The position numbers and the translations under genes were made by a program. The notes under the pieces were generated by a model. It was not told the origin of the DNA. It did not search any database and worked only from the letters and a program-made list of their open reading frames with translations. From an uncultured Bacilli bacterium (lineage in GTDB: Bacteria > Bacillota_I > Bacilli_A > RF39 > UBA660), in assembly GCA_934096815.1 (NCBI GenBank), contig CAKOMY010000001.1:156614-220613 (forward strand): a stretch of 64,000 nucleotides of DNA, given 5' to 3'. Of this stretch, positions 8,892-19,122 are shown piece by piece (positions within the stretch are counted from its first letter, which is position 1; each line of letters opens with the position of its first letter).

Positions 8892-9770
8892 ATGGAAAAA
8901 TCAGTAGTATATTTTACAAAAGATATTAGTCCTGAAGGATTAATTAAATTATATAAAAAGTTAGGTATTAAACTAGATGGAAAGGTTGCTGTTAAATTAC
9001 ATTCTGGAGAAGAGGGGAATCAAAATTATGTTAAACCAGAATTTGTTAAGCCAATAATTGAATTTGTTAATGGTACAGTTGTTGAGTGTAATACAGCATA
9101 TGATGGAGCAAGAAATTCGACGGAAAAACATAAAGAATTAATGGAAAGACATGGATGGAGTAAATATTTTGATGTTGATATTATGGATGCTGATGGTGAA
9201 ATAACATTGGAGGTTCCAAATGGACATATAATTAAGAAAAATTATGTTGGTAGAAATATTGAAAATTATGATTCTATGCTTGTTTTATCTCATTTTAAAG
9301 GACACCCTATGGGTGGATTTGGTGGAGCATTAAAACAGTTATCTATTGGTTGTGCTTCAAGTAATGGTAAGAGATATATTCACTGTGCAGGTAAAGAAAA
9401 TGGTAGTTTTGAAGATATGTTTAATGCTCAACAAGATAAATTTATAGAATCAATGGCTGATGCTGCCTCAAGTATTACAAACTTATTTAATGATAAAATA
9501 GCTTATATTAATATGATGGTAAATTTATCAGTAGATTGTGATTGTTGCCGTGTTGCAGAAGATCCTTGTATGAAAGATATAGGCATGCTTGCTAGCTTGG
9601 ATCCTGTTGCTATTGATCAGGCTTGTATTGATTTAATATATAATTCAAAAGATGAGGGAAGAAATCATTTTGTAGAAAGAGTAGAAAGACAACATGGTAC
9701 GCATATTTTAGATGCTGCTGCTAATTTAAATATAGGAAATAGAGAATACGAACTTATAAACATAGATTAA
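8892..9770 (+). CDS. DUF362-domain protein (putative Fe-S-associated)
   Basis: A GGAGATGA-type RBS followed by an ATG at 8892. A C-terminal cysteine cluster (CDCCRVAEDPC) and overall profile resemble DUF362. Confidence 0.55.
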   Translation: MEKSVVYFTKDISPEGLIKLYKKLGIKLDGKVAVKLHSGEEGNQNYVKPEFVKPIIEFVNGTVVECNTAYDGARNSTEKHKELMERHGWSKYFDVDIMDADGEITLEVPNGHIIKKNYVGRNIENYDSMLVLSHFKGHPMGGFGGALKQLSIGCASSNGKRYIHCAGKENGSFEDMFNAQQDKFIESMADAASSITNLFNDKIAYINMMVNLSVDCDCCRVAEDPCMKDIGMLASLDPVAIDQACIDLIYNSKDEGRNHFVERVERQHGTHILDAAANLNIGNREYELINID

Positions 9771-9883
9771 TTTCTATTTTTTTTTATTTGATTAATACAT
9801 AAGATAATTTTAAAAAATTAATTAGAATTTATCCTAAAAAAATGTTATAATAACATAGGTTTAAAAGATGAAGGAGTAATATT

Positions 9884-10357
9884 ATGTTTAAAGTTAATGA
9901 TTATGTTAAATATAAGAATGATGTGTGTGTGATATCAAATATTAAGGAAATTAGAGGTTTTAATTATTATACACTTGCTCCAATTCAAGATACTTCATTA
10001 ATAGTTAATTTGCCTGTGGATACTAATTTGGTTAAGCCATTAATAGAATATAATGATGCAATTAAAATGATAGATGATTTACCTAATTTAAGTGTACTTA
10101 ATATGACTAATGATAAGGCTTTAGAACAAACCTATAGAAAACTTTTATTATCAGATGAAACTATAGATTTATTTACAATTGTTAAAACTGCATTTTTAAG
10201 AAATAAAAAAAGAAATGATTCAGGTCGAAAATTGGGGTCTGTTGATTCCCATTACTATGAAGAAGCAAGTAAAAAATTATTACTCGAGTTATCAATTGTA
10301 ATGCATCTTGATGAAGATAAGATAGAAAATATATTAATTGAGCAAATAACTAAATAA
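9884..10357 (+). CDS. CarD/CdnL-family RNA polymerase-binding regulator
   Basis: N-terminus MFKVNDYVKYKNDVCVISNI matches the CarD_CdnL_TRCF Tudor-like domain. 157 aa is a typical CdnL size. Confidence 0.6.
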   Translation: MFKVNDYVKYKNDVCVISNIKEIRGFNYYTLAPIQDTSLIVNLPVDTNLVKPLIEYNDAIKMIDDLPNLSVLNMTNDKALEQTYRKLLLSDETIDLFTIVKTAFLRNKKRNDSGRKLGSVDSHYYEEASKKLLLELSIVMHLDEDKIENILIEQITK

Positions 10358-10392
10358 AAAATTTAATTTAGACAATAATATAAATAAGGTGT

Positions 10393-10734
10393 ATGATGAA
10401 GAAGTATTTAATTATTATATTATTGTTTTTTGTTTTTTTTATTGTTTTATTTAATAAAAGAAGTTATGCATATGTTGATTGTAGTAATGTGATTGTTAAG
10501 CCAGAAGGAGTAACAACTCTTAATTTAAAAAATTATTTAAATAAATTTGAATATAAGGAAATTTATTATGTTTGTTCTTATGATTGTTGCTATAATGTTA
10601 AAAATGGTGATAAAGATGATATTGTTAATAATTTAACTAAAATATTAGATAAAACTACTAATGAGGATGATAAGTTGTTTACTAATGTTAATGGATATAA
10701 TGTTACTAGTATAGGAGTTAATTTGTGTAAATAA
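10393..10734 (+). CDS. Small secreted cysteine-rich protein
   Basis: Signal peptide and six Cys residues in 113 aa. Confidence 0.4.
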   Translation: MMKKYLIIILLFFVFFIVLFNKRSYAYVDCSNVIVKPEGVTTLNLKNYLNKFEYKEIYYVCSYDCCYNVKNGDKDDIVNNLTKILDKTTNEDDKLFTNVNGYNVTSIGVNLCK

Positions 10735-10738
10735 TTTA

Positions 10739-12085
10739 TTATAAGTTTAGATATTCAATATATTTTTTATAGTTTCTCATTAATTCTTTAACGAATATTG
10801 AATAATTTGTTGTGGGGACTAGGAGGTAGATATTATTTCTTGTTCTAGTTAAGGCAACATAGAATAATCTTCTTTCTTCTTCATATGGATAATAATCTGT
10901 TTTAACTATTTTGTTAATTATTTTATGATTTTTAAGTTTAGATGGTAAAGAATTGTTGTTGTTTGTTAAATTTATTAAAATAATGTTATCTTCTTCTAAG
11001 CCTTTGGATTTATGAATGGTTAGAAATGGTTTATCTTGTACACTAAAAATATCTTTATCTTTGTTGTTACGACCTAGAATTAGATATTTTTTGTCTATAA
11101 ATTTTACAACTTTTTCGATAGCAGTTTTTTCATTTTTGTAAAAGCATATTTTAATTGGTTTATTGATATTTTTTAAACAGATTGTTTCTTTTTTTATTTG
11201 ACTTTTATTTTGCATGATAAATGAGTTAGCTACATCTATGATTTCTTTGGGGTTACGATAATTATAATCTAAATTTATTACATTAAGATTATTTACTAAT
11301 TTGTTGAAATTTAAAAAGATATCTAGATTACAACCTGAAAAACGATATATAGATTGATAGTCATCTCCAACAACAAATATTTTGGCGTTATTTTGTTTAA
11401 TGATTGCATCTATAAGTTTAAATCTATTTAGAGATGTATCTTGAAATTCATCAATAATTATGTATTTGTAATTTGTTCTAATTTGATTATTATTTATGTT
11501 ATCAGTTGCAATTTTAATCATATCGTTAAAGTCATATAGATTACTTGATTCTAATTCTTGATTATATATATGATATATTTCTAATATTATTCTAAAATAA
11601 ATTTTGTTTATAAAGTGGCTTTTTTGATATAGATTAAATAAGTAATTGATATTGTTGTAATTAGATTTATAGAGATTAATAAAGGTAAAGATTAGTTTTT
11701 TTAAGTTATTTATATCTATTTCATTCAGGATTCTTTTTATTAATTTGTTATTTTTTTTGTTATATTTACCATAGGAACTAAAGTATTCATTGATAATAAA
11801 TTTTAGATAATATTCATTTGATATTTTCATATTTGGATTATTTATTAGGGTTATTGCTAATTTATGGAATGTCATGATATCAAGATTGTAGTCTATTTTT
11901 CTTTTTAGATCATTAACTGATTCGTTGGTAAAGGAGATTACTAAAAGTTCATTTTCTTTGTATATGTTATTATCAAGTAAATATTTGATTTTATTTACTA
12001 TGGTAAATGTTTTTCCTGAGCCTGCACCGGCAACTACTAATGTATTTTCTAATGATTTTACTGCTTCTAATTGTTTTTCGTTCAT
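10739..12085 (-). CDS. Compact UvrD/PcrA-family SF1 helicase (448 aa)
   Basis: Walker A GAGSGKT, motif II IIDEFQDTS, motif III VGDDYQSIYRFSG and motif VI YVALTRTRNN are present. The protein is about 250 aa shorter than PcrA/UvrD, so the 1B/2B insertions are reduced. Confidence 0.7.
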   Translation of the reverse strand: MNEKQLEAVKSLENTLVVAGAGSGKTFTIVNKIKYLLDNNIYKENELLVISFTNESVNDLKRKIDYNLDIMTFHKLAITLINNPNMKISNEYYLKFIINEYFSSYGKYNKKNNKLIKRILNEIDINNLKKLIFTFINLYKSNYNNINYLFNLYQKSHFINKIYFRIILEIYHIYNQELESSNLYDFNDMIKIATDNINNNQIRTNYKYIIIDEFQDTSLNRFKLIDAIIKQNNAKIFVVGDDYQSIYRFSGCNLDIFLNFNKLVNNLNVINLDYNYRNPKEIIDVANSFIMQNKSQIKKETICLKNINKPIKICFYKNEKTAIEKVVKFIDKKYLILGRNNKDKDIFSVQDKPFLTIHKSKGLEEDNIILINLTNNNNSLPSKLKNHKIINKIVKTDYYPYEEERRLFYVALTRTRNNIYLLVPTTNYSIFVKELMRNYKKYIEYLNL

Positions 12086-12186
12086 GTTAAATAGAATATA
12101 TAATTATTAGATGATTGTCAATGGTTTTAAATATGCTGGAATATATATTTTGTATAAAATTTAATTGGTAATAGTGTAAAAACCTT

Positions 12187-12235
12187 AGTTATCGAGATTA
12201 TTTGATTGTTATAGTGCCATTTTATGTCGATAACT
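12187..12235. repeat. Palindromic element, copy A (AGTTATCGA-N31-TCGATAACT)
   Basis: Perfect 9-bp arms with a 31-nt spacer. It lies about 100 nt upstream of the compact helicase gene. A second copy is at 39492-39540. Confidence 0.7.
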
Positions 12236-12292
12236 TAGCATTTCAAAGATATTTAAAAAAACTTATTGATAAAAAATAATTATTTTAATAAA

Positions 12293-12331
12293 TAAAAAAA
12301 GAACTTTGATAAGAAAATTTCAAGTTCTTTT
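12293..12331 (-). terminator. Terminator of addA
   Basis: On the minus strand: AAAGAACTT-loop-AAGTTCTTT followed by a U-run, immediately after the addA stop. Confidence 0.75.
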
Positions 12332-15300
12332 TTAATCTAATTTGAATAATTTTTTATCTAAAATTGAGTATAAATAGGTATTAACAGGTTTATTAGTTAA
12401 ATTATAGATGTAATTTTTATAACCATTTAACTGATTTGTATAGGCTTTATCATCTATATGTTTTAATTTATAATCAATAATATCAATATGATCTTGGTAT
12501 TCAAGCATTAAATCTATTATACCAGTTTTAGTTTCGTTATCAGTTTCTTCAATAAATTCGTATTCTTTAAAGATATTAGCTTCTTTGATATTTTTAAATA
12601 ACTCATTATTAAGTAAACTTTTGATTATATCAATTTCATTATTTGTTAGATTATCATAATTTGGATTAATAAAATCAGTTATTTCTAAAAGATAGTGGAT
12701 GTTAGTACCATACTCCATATTATTTTTTTCTTCTTTAGTAAATAATTTATTTGTAGTTTTAGAAAAATGATTTTCTTCAATTTCTTCTATATTATAGTTA
12801 TGTTCTATAATTTCAATTTTATCTGATGTTTCTGGTGCAATACTTATATTTTTGTTTATTTTGTAGGAGTTATCTATAATAGGTGTTTCAATATTGGTAA
12901 TGTAATTAGTTATATGAGGATATATTGAATTTAATATATCTTCAAAACTATTATATTTACTTCTTTTGTAGTTATTTACAACTATTTCACTTGAACCTAT
13001 TCCTTCATCTTCCTTAAGAGAATCAACAATAATCATTTTTTCTTTACATCTTGTTAAGGCAACATATAATAATCTAATTTTTTCAGATATATCTTCGATT
13101 TTAAAATTGTCTTTACTTAATTTTGAGATAAAAGTTTCAATAAATGTTCCATCATAATCGGGAAATATTATTCCATATTTATTATCATATCTTATTTTTG
13201 GTTTGATATCTTCGGTACTAAATTTTTTGTAATATCCAGCAAAGTAGCATATTTTATATTCTAAACCTTTAGATTTGTGAATATTTGTTAATGTTACGGA
13301 ATCGATAGCAATGTGACTGGCACTTATTTTTATTTTATCTTTATTTTCAATTAGATTGTTAAGATAATCATTAACTCCATAAATATCAATACCTATATTA
13401 TTTAGTTCTTCAAATTTAGTAATTAAATTATTTAGGATAATACTTTTTTCATTAATGTCTCCAACTAATGTTAATTTTTCGTAAATATTTAATTTATCAA
13501 TAATTTTTATTAAAACATCTTTATTTGATAAATAGTCTAAATCTTTGGCTATAGGTAAAAGTGTTTCATAGATAATGTTTGATTTAATATTATGATTTTT
13601 TATTGTTTGATATATTTCATTATCTTTTTGTTCAAATAAATAACTACGAGCAATACTTGCATAATAAAAGTTAGTTTCTGTATCAAATATATTGTTTTTT
13701 ATTTTAATTAGAAAACCGATTATATTATTTATTAATAAAGTTTCTGAAGAAAATAGAATATCTTCATCTTGATAAATGTGAAGTGGTATTCCAAGATAAT
13801 CAAATACTTTTTTATAAGTGTTAAAAGCTGATCCACGGTCTAAAAGAATACAAAAGTCACTATATTTACAGTTTCTTATTTGTTTATCAAATACTTCATA
13901 ATGATTATTTATTTTGTTTTTTATGTCATTTCCAATAATAAAGGCTTCAATTTCTTCTCTAGTATTAGTATTATTTTTTTCATAATTATAGATTTCTAAA
14001 TCATTATTGTTGTTATTTTTTCCTTCAATATTGAATGTTTGATTTCCAAAAATAAGGTTATGTTCATCTTTATAATTGGCGTTACCTATTTTATTATCCA
14101 TAATATAATTAAAGATATTGTTAATACTTGATAGTACTTCTTCACGAGATCTAAAGTTTTTATTTAAGTCAATTCTTATTCCTTTGGTGCCATCTTTATA
14201 TAAATCGTATTTATCTTTAAAAATATTTGGATTGGCGTTTCTAAAGCGATAGATAGATTGTTTAATATCTCCAACCATGTAAACATTGTCATTTTCAATT
14301 AAATTAATAAATTCTTCTTCAATATCAGAGGTATCTTGATATTCATCAATCATTATTTCTTTGTAGTGATATTTTAATTCATTTTTAATATTTTCATTTT
14401 CTTTAATTAGATTAATTGCAAATTTGCTGATATCATTAAATTCATACGAAGAATTTTCATTTTTGAATGCAGTAATTTTATTTGTTAATTCAATTATGAT
14501 ATTAATAATTATTTCGACATTGTCTTTAGTGTTAATCACTTGATTTATTAAGGCTTCTTTAGAAAATATTGTAGCTTCTTTTATTTCTTTGATGATGCTT
14601 GAAATATTTGCCTTTAATTCTTTTCCAAGGGGAGTAGAATTACGATTTATAGTTTTGGGTATATCTAAAGATGACTTGATTTCTTCATAAGTTTTTGCAT
14701 TTAAAAGTGGTAGTAATCCATTATAATATTTTTCATAGAATGATGAGTCTGTTTCATACTGAATATCTTCTAATAAGCCTTTAATAGTGTTTATTTTATC
14801 TAATAAGTTATTTGTATACTCATTAAATAATTTATTTAAATTTTCTTTGCTATAATAGTTATTAACATAGCTTTTTAGATATTCTTCTTTATTAGATAAT
14901 AGTTCTAATTTGCTGTCTAATGAAAGAATTATATTTTTAATTTGTTTGTCATTTTTATTACAGAAAGAGGTTATTAAATTATTAAATTTTTCATTATTTT
15001 CTTGATATTTATGATCAAATATATTGTTTAGAATATCTTTTTTTAATTTGTTAATTATACTAGAATCGATAATAGTTAGATTTGCGTCTAAATTAAGCAT
15101 GTAGTGATATTTTTTTACTAATGCAAGGGTATAAGCATCAAAGTTAGTGATATCAGCAGAATCGATTAATTTTAATTCGTCTTTTATTTCATCATGCATT
15201 TTAATTTTCTTTTTAATTCTTTCTTTCATTTCAAAAGCAGCGTTTTTGGTAAATGTTAGAATAAGCATTTCATCTATATGTATGTTGTTGTTCATTAAAT

Positions 15301-15418
15301 TATGAATAACTCTTTCAGATAAAACTTCGGTTTTACCAGAACCGGCACCAGCTGATACTATAATATTTTTGCCTCTAGTTGTAATTGCTGATAATTGTTC
15401 TTTAGTCCAATTCGGCAT
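12332..15418 (-). CDS. addA: ATP-dependent helicase/nuclease subunit A (AddA/RexA)
   Basis: N-terminal UvrD-like helicase (AGAGSGKTEVL, MIDEYQDTS, VGDIKQSIYRFR). C-terminal RecB-type PD-(D/E)xK nuclease (GIIDLML...DYK). The start was set at the third ATG (MPNW), 9 nt after AAAGGAG. Confidence 0.9.
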   Translation of the reverse strand: MPNWTKEQLSAITTRGKNIIVSAGAGSGKTEVLSERVIHNLMNNNIHIDEMLILTFTKNAAFEMKERIKKKIKMHDEIKDELKLIDSADITNFDAYTLALVKKYHYMLNLDANLTIIDSSIINKLKKDILNNIFDHKYQENNEKFNNLITSFCNKNDKQIKNIILSLDSKLELLSNKEEYLKSYVNNYYSKENLNKLFNEYTNNLLDKINTIKGLLEDIQYETDSSFYEKYYNGLLPLLNAKTYEEIKSSLDIPKTINRNSTPLGKELKANISSIIKEIKEATIFSKEALINQVINTKDNVEIIINIIIELTNKITAFKNENSSYEFNDISKFAINLIKENENIKNELKYHYKEIMIDEYQDTSDIEEEFINLIENDNVYMVGDIKQSIYRFRNANPNIFKDKYDLYKDGTKGIRIDLNKNFRSREEVLSSINNIFNYIMDNKIGNANYKDEHNLIFGNQTFNIEGKNNNNNDLEIYNYEKNNTNTREEIEAFIIGNDIKNKINNHYEVFDKQIRNCKYSDFCILLDRGSAFNTYKKVFDYLGIPLHIYQDEDILFSSETLLINNIIGFLIKIKNNIFDTETNFYYASIARSYLFEQKDNEIYQTIKNHNIKSNIIYETLLPIAKDLDYLSNKDVLIKIIDKLNIYEKLTLVGDINEKSIILNNLITKFEELNNIGIDIYGVNDYLNNLIENKDKIKISASHIAIDSVTLTNIHKSKGLEYKICYFAGYYKKFSTEDIKPKIRYDNKYGIIFPDYDGTFIETFISKLSKDNFKIEDISEKIRLLYVALTRCKEKMIIVDSLKEDEGIGSSEIVVNNYKRSKYNSFEDILNSIYPHITNYITNIETPIIDNSYKINKNISIAPETSDKIEIIEHNYNIEEIEENHFSKTTNKLFTKEEKNNMEYGTNIHYLLEITDFINPNYDNLTNNEIDIIKSLLNNELFKNIKEANIFKEYEFIEETDNETKTGIIDLMLEYQDHIDIIDYKLKHIDDKAYTNQLNGYKNYIYNLTNKPVNTYLYSILDKKLFKLD

Positions 15419-17696
15419 TTTCATCATCTCCTTTTGTATCTATGTAAACATTATCTTTTTCCGTATGAAAACAAATAGATGCATATTTACAATTTGGACA
15501 GCTTTTATTTGTTTGGTTTAGTATAATTGGTTTTATATCAAAGTTGTTATTCTTTATTTCAGTTATACAATTATTTATTTTTTCAGTTACTAATTTTTCT
15601 AATTCTTCAAATTCCTCATTAGACAATATTTTAGCATACTTATAAAAGCCATCACTTTTCTTTTTAATTCCTTTAATATACATACTGTTTTCGTAGGTGC
15701 TATCTATTTCTTCTAATATTTCTTCATTAGATGTAGAGTATCCTTCTAATTTTAGTGAATTTTCAAATGATTCGTTATTGCTTTTATCCATATTAAAATT
15801 AAATTTTGGTTTTAGAATATGTTCTAGATAAACACCTACTATTTGAGAATCTGGATAAATAGTTTTTACTAAATAAATATAAGTTGGTAATTGTAAATTA
15901 AAACCGTATTGACATTCTTTTAGATTTATTTTGGGATTTCCTGTTTTATAATCTATTAAGATAATTTTTTTCTGGTATTTTTGAATTTTATCGATGATTC
16001 CTACAAATTTAGTTTTATTTATGGTTGTTTCAATTTTTCTTTCACATTCTATTTCATTAAATTTAGTAACATTTTGCATACTTAAAATATAAGATATTGC
16101 AGTTTTTAATTCTTCTAATATTTTATTTTGAAATAATAAATTTTCATTTGTTACTTGATAACTGTTTGTTTCTAAAAATTCCTTTTTAGTTGCATCAAAA
16201 TCAAAGTTATCCGTATAGATTTTTGATAATATATAATGACATAATGAACCAATATAAGTATCAAATGTATCTTCGTATGAATTTAGTTTTAATATGTTAT
16301 CACAATAGTATTTAAATGGGCATTCATAGAAACTATTCATTTTTGAATAAGACAAATTAAATTCTTCAGTTGCTTCAGTTTTGGTGTAAGTATTATTATA
16401 ATCTTTGTATCTTATATCTGGATAAGTATTTAAAAGAATATCTTGATTATCGTTTTTATTATTGTATTTTAAATAGTTATCTAGCATATTAGTAAGATTA
16501 TATTTATTAATTTTGTTAGAATATTTACTTATTTCGTTTTCTTTGTAAATAATTTCATAATCATGATCAGTTGCAATAGTTGAGATATTTAGTTGTCCAT
16601 TATAATTATTTTGACTTACTGTAATTGTTAAATTATTAATATTTCGAATTACTTTATTTATTATTTCTTTATTTATGTTATTTAATTCAGTTGACGTTTC
16701 TAAAAATGCTGGTTTTTCATTATCTGAGATATAATCAACATCTTTATTAATTACAGGAATATATTCACTATTAAAATTTATTATATAAACATTATCATCT
16801 TTTTCGATTACATTATTTATGATATCAATTTCATTTATTGCGTTACGTATTTTAGTATTGTTAATTTTAGTTTGTTTTAATTCTTCCTTGATAACATTGT
16901 TAATATCTTGATAGTTATCCACAAAATAATATTTATTTAATATGTTGATAATTGCTTTTTTAATTTTATCATCTTTTATTTTAGATAAAAATTCATCAAT
17001 ATTATTTAAGTTATTTAATAATTCTTTTCCTATAAATGTATTATAAAGGGTATTATCGTAATTTAAGTTAATAGGTATACCATAACTTTTAAATATGCGG
17101 TCTATTATTAATTTATTATCGTTGTTAATTCCGTAAATATAAGTTTTAGATAAATCTAAATTTTTGGATACTATATCTTCTGCTATATATTCTATTTCAC
17201 ATGAAACATTATCAAATAAGTAAACTTTTGGGTTTATATTTTGATATTCTTTTTCTATAATATTTACTTTTAATTTGTTGTCTTCAATAAGCTTTTTTAT
17301 AAATTTATTAATATAATCAAAACCATAAAATATTATTTCTTTATCTTTAATAAAAGGTAAAAAGCGATTATTTATTATTAGTAATTTTTTTTCTAATAAA
17401 TCTTTTTTGATATTTATTAATTCTTGTACTTTAGAAGAATCATTATTATCATTGGTAGTATATTTTAAATTTTTTAATATTTCTTTTGCATTTTGATAGC
17501 TTAAGTTTTTGTTGTTCATTAAATATATTATTGATTTTTCATTATAATCGATAGTTAGATTAGTAATAAATTCTTGATCTGTTAATATTTTAACGTTAGA
17601 TAATTTTGGCAAATTATTAATATATTTAACTACTTTTGTTTTGATATTATTTGGTATTATTAAAATTTTATTATTTAAATCAATGTTTATGTTCAT
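15402..17696 (-). CDS. addB: ATP-dependent helicase/nuclease subunit B (AddB/RexB), short form
   Basis: C-terminal nuclease with an iron-staple cysteine arrangement (CPFKYYC ... CPNCKYASIC) and IIDYKTG. No N-terminal Walker A, as in RexB-type subunits. It lies upstream of and adjacent to addA. Confidence 0.85.
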   Translation of the reverse strand: MNINIDLNNKILIIPNNIKTKVVKYINNLPKLSNVKILTDQEFITNLTIDYNEKSIIYLMNNKNLSYQNAKEILKNLKYTTNDNNDSSKVQELINIKKDLLEKKLLIINNRFLPFIKDKEIIFYGFDYINKFIKKLIEDNKLKVNIIEKEYQNINPKVYLFDNVSCEIEYIAEDIVSKNLDLSKTYIYGINNDNKLIIDRIFKSYGIPINLNYDNTLYNTFIGKELLNNLNNIDEFLSKIKDDKIKKAIINILNKYYFVDNYQDINNVIKEELKQTKINNTKIRNAINEIDIINNVIEKDDNVYIINFNSEYIPVINKDVDYISDNEKPAFLETSTELNNINKEIINKVIRNINNLTITVSQNNYNGQLNISTIATDHDYEIIYKENEISKYSNKINKYNLTNMLDNYLKYNNKNDNQDILLNTYPDIRYKDYNNTYTKTEATEEFNLSYSKMNSFYECPFKYYCDNILKLNSYEDTFDTYIGSLCHYILSKIYTDNFDFDATKKEFLETNSYQVTNENLLFQNKILEELKTAISYILSMQNVTKFNEIECERKIETTINKTKFVGIIDKIQKYQKKIILIDYKTGNPKINLKECQYGFNLQLPTYIYLVKTIYPDSQIVGVYLEHILKPKFNFNMDKSNNESFENSLKLEGYSTSNEEILEEIDSTYENSMYIKGIKKKSDGFYKYAKILSNEEFEELEKLVTEKINNCITEIKNNNFDIKPIILNQTNKSCPNCKYASICFHTEKDNVYIDTKGDDENAELD

Positions 17697-17844
17697 ATTA
17701 TTCCTTTCATGTCTTAATTATATTTTATCATACATTTATATTGATAGTAATTTGTTTATTAAATATTAACTATTTATTTTTTTAATAATTTTAGTTATTT
17801 AGTTTGCTTTAAGAAAATTATAGAGGATGTAGAAAAGGTGAATT

Positions 17845-18171
17845 ATGGTAACTGAATTAGGTGTTAAAGTTAAAATTCTAAGAAAAAATAATGGTGTTAA
17901 ACAAGAAGTATTAGCAAAATTTTTTGGGCTTAGTAAAGGGCAAATGTGTAATTTGGAAAGTGGTAAAAGAAATTTTAGTTTAGGACAATTGGAAAAAATT
18001 TGTGAATATTTTAATATTGATTTATCATATTTCTTTTTATTGGAAAATAATGATTCATGTTTGAACATTGCTTCTAAAGTTAAATTGTTATTTGAAAGTA
18101 ATGAATTAACTCAAAGTGAAAAAGATGAATTTTTTTTAGCAATAATGAAAGCTTATTTGGAATCTAAATAA
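17845..18171 (+). CDS. XRE-family HTH transcriptional regulator
   Basis: ILRKNNGVKQEVLAKFFGLSKGQMCNLESG is the Cro/C1 HTH. AAAGGTG RBS. Confidence 0.8.
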   Translation: MVTELGVKVKILRKNNGVKQEVLAKFFGLSKGQMCNLESGKRNFSLGQLEKICEYFNIDLSYFFLLENNDSCLNIASKVKLLFESNELTQSEKDEFFLAIMKAYLESK

Positions 18172-18209
18172 TAATTAATTTTAATTACTACTACTTAGAA
18201 AGGACTTTT

Positions 18210-18635
18210 ATGAAATTAAATTATAGAGATGTAACAAGGGAATGGCTAAAAAATTCTTGTCCTAATTCTCATCAGTTAAAAACAAGAAATTATTATGAAC
18301 ATGATGGGATTAGATATTTTGTTGGTGGTAAAAAAGTTGTATTTGATTATACAAATTATGAGAAAGATATTGCTGTATGTCTTGAAAATTCATTTGGTGG
18401 AGAAATATATTTATTACCTAAAGTAAATGAGCTTAAAGGTGTAAAAACAGCTGATTATTTATTCCGTAATGAATATTGTGATTTAAAAAAGATTGGTTGT
18501 AATGTGATAAGTGAGAAGAGAGCTGTGGATAATGTTGTAAAAAAATCAAAATTTCAAACTGAAAATATAATTTTGGATATAACAGATTCAATATTGAATG
18601 AAAATATAATTTTACAACAAGTTAAAAGATTATAA
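18210..18635 (+). CDS. Hypothetical protein, possible PD-(D/E)xK-like nuclease fold
   Basis: 141 aa, co-oriented 38 nt after the XRE gene. The segment TADYLFRNEYCDLKK could supply D...(D/E)xK residues. This is a weak motif-level inference. Confidence 0.35.
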   Translation: MKLNYRDVTREWLKNSCPNSHQLKTRNYYEHDGIRYFVGGKKVVFDYTNYEKDIAVCLENSFGGEIYLLPKVNELKGVKTADYLFRNEYCDLKKIGCNVISEKRAVDNVVKKSKFQTENIILDITDSILNENIILQQVKRL

Positions 18636-18709
18636 AGTACTAGTGGAAGAGAGTGGATTAAGCATGTACTAATCGTTAAAAATTTTAATCTAATTAAAGT
18701 TTTTATAAG

Positions 18710-18759
18710 AAAATAAAAAATGAGGCCGTCCCTCTCCAAATGGAATGGGAAAAGCCTCA
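18710..18759 (-). terminator. GC-rich hairpin terminator for the minus-strand operon 18838-21096
   Basis: TGAGGC...GCCTCA stem enclosing CCC/GGG, followed on the minus strand by TTTTTTATTTT. It is a striking GC island in AT-rich DNA. Confidence 0.5.
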
Positions 18760-18837
18760 AATGTAATTACAATTACCTTCTATTACATTTTATGAAATTA
18801 TGTCAAGTATTATTCGTTTAATCTAATTATATGAATT

Positions 18838-19110
18838 TTAAATACTTTTTCCTTGTTTTAATGTTTGTCTTTGCAATTGTTTAGCGACTCTCAAAATCAT
18901 TGTATCATCAAAATGCCTTGCTAAGATTTCTGGGTTAACTTCGGATCTTGATGATAAATCTAATAAAGACTCAGCTATTACATCATCTGCATTACTTGTA
19001 ACTTGTAATTTAAACCATTCTTTTTTATCTTCGATTCCACTATTAATTGCGTTTTGGGTATCAAACTTTTGTAATGCATTTATTTCTAATTTAATGTCGT
19101 CTATATTCAT
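18838..19110 (-). CDS. Hypothetical 90-aa protein
   Basis: Distal gene of the VanY-like operon. No recognisable motif. Confidence 0.35.
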   Translation of the reverse strand: MNIDDIKLEINALQKFDTQNAINSGIEDKKEWFKLQVTSNADDVIAESLLDLSSRSEVNPEILARHFDDTMILRVAKQLQRQTLKQGKSI

Positions 19111-19122
19111 ATTGTTTTTCTC

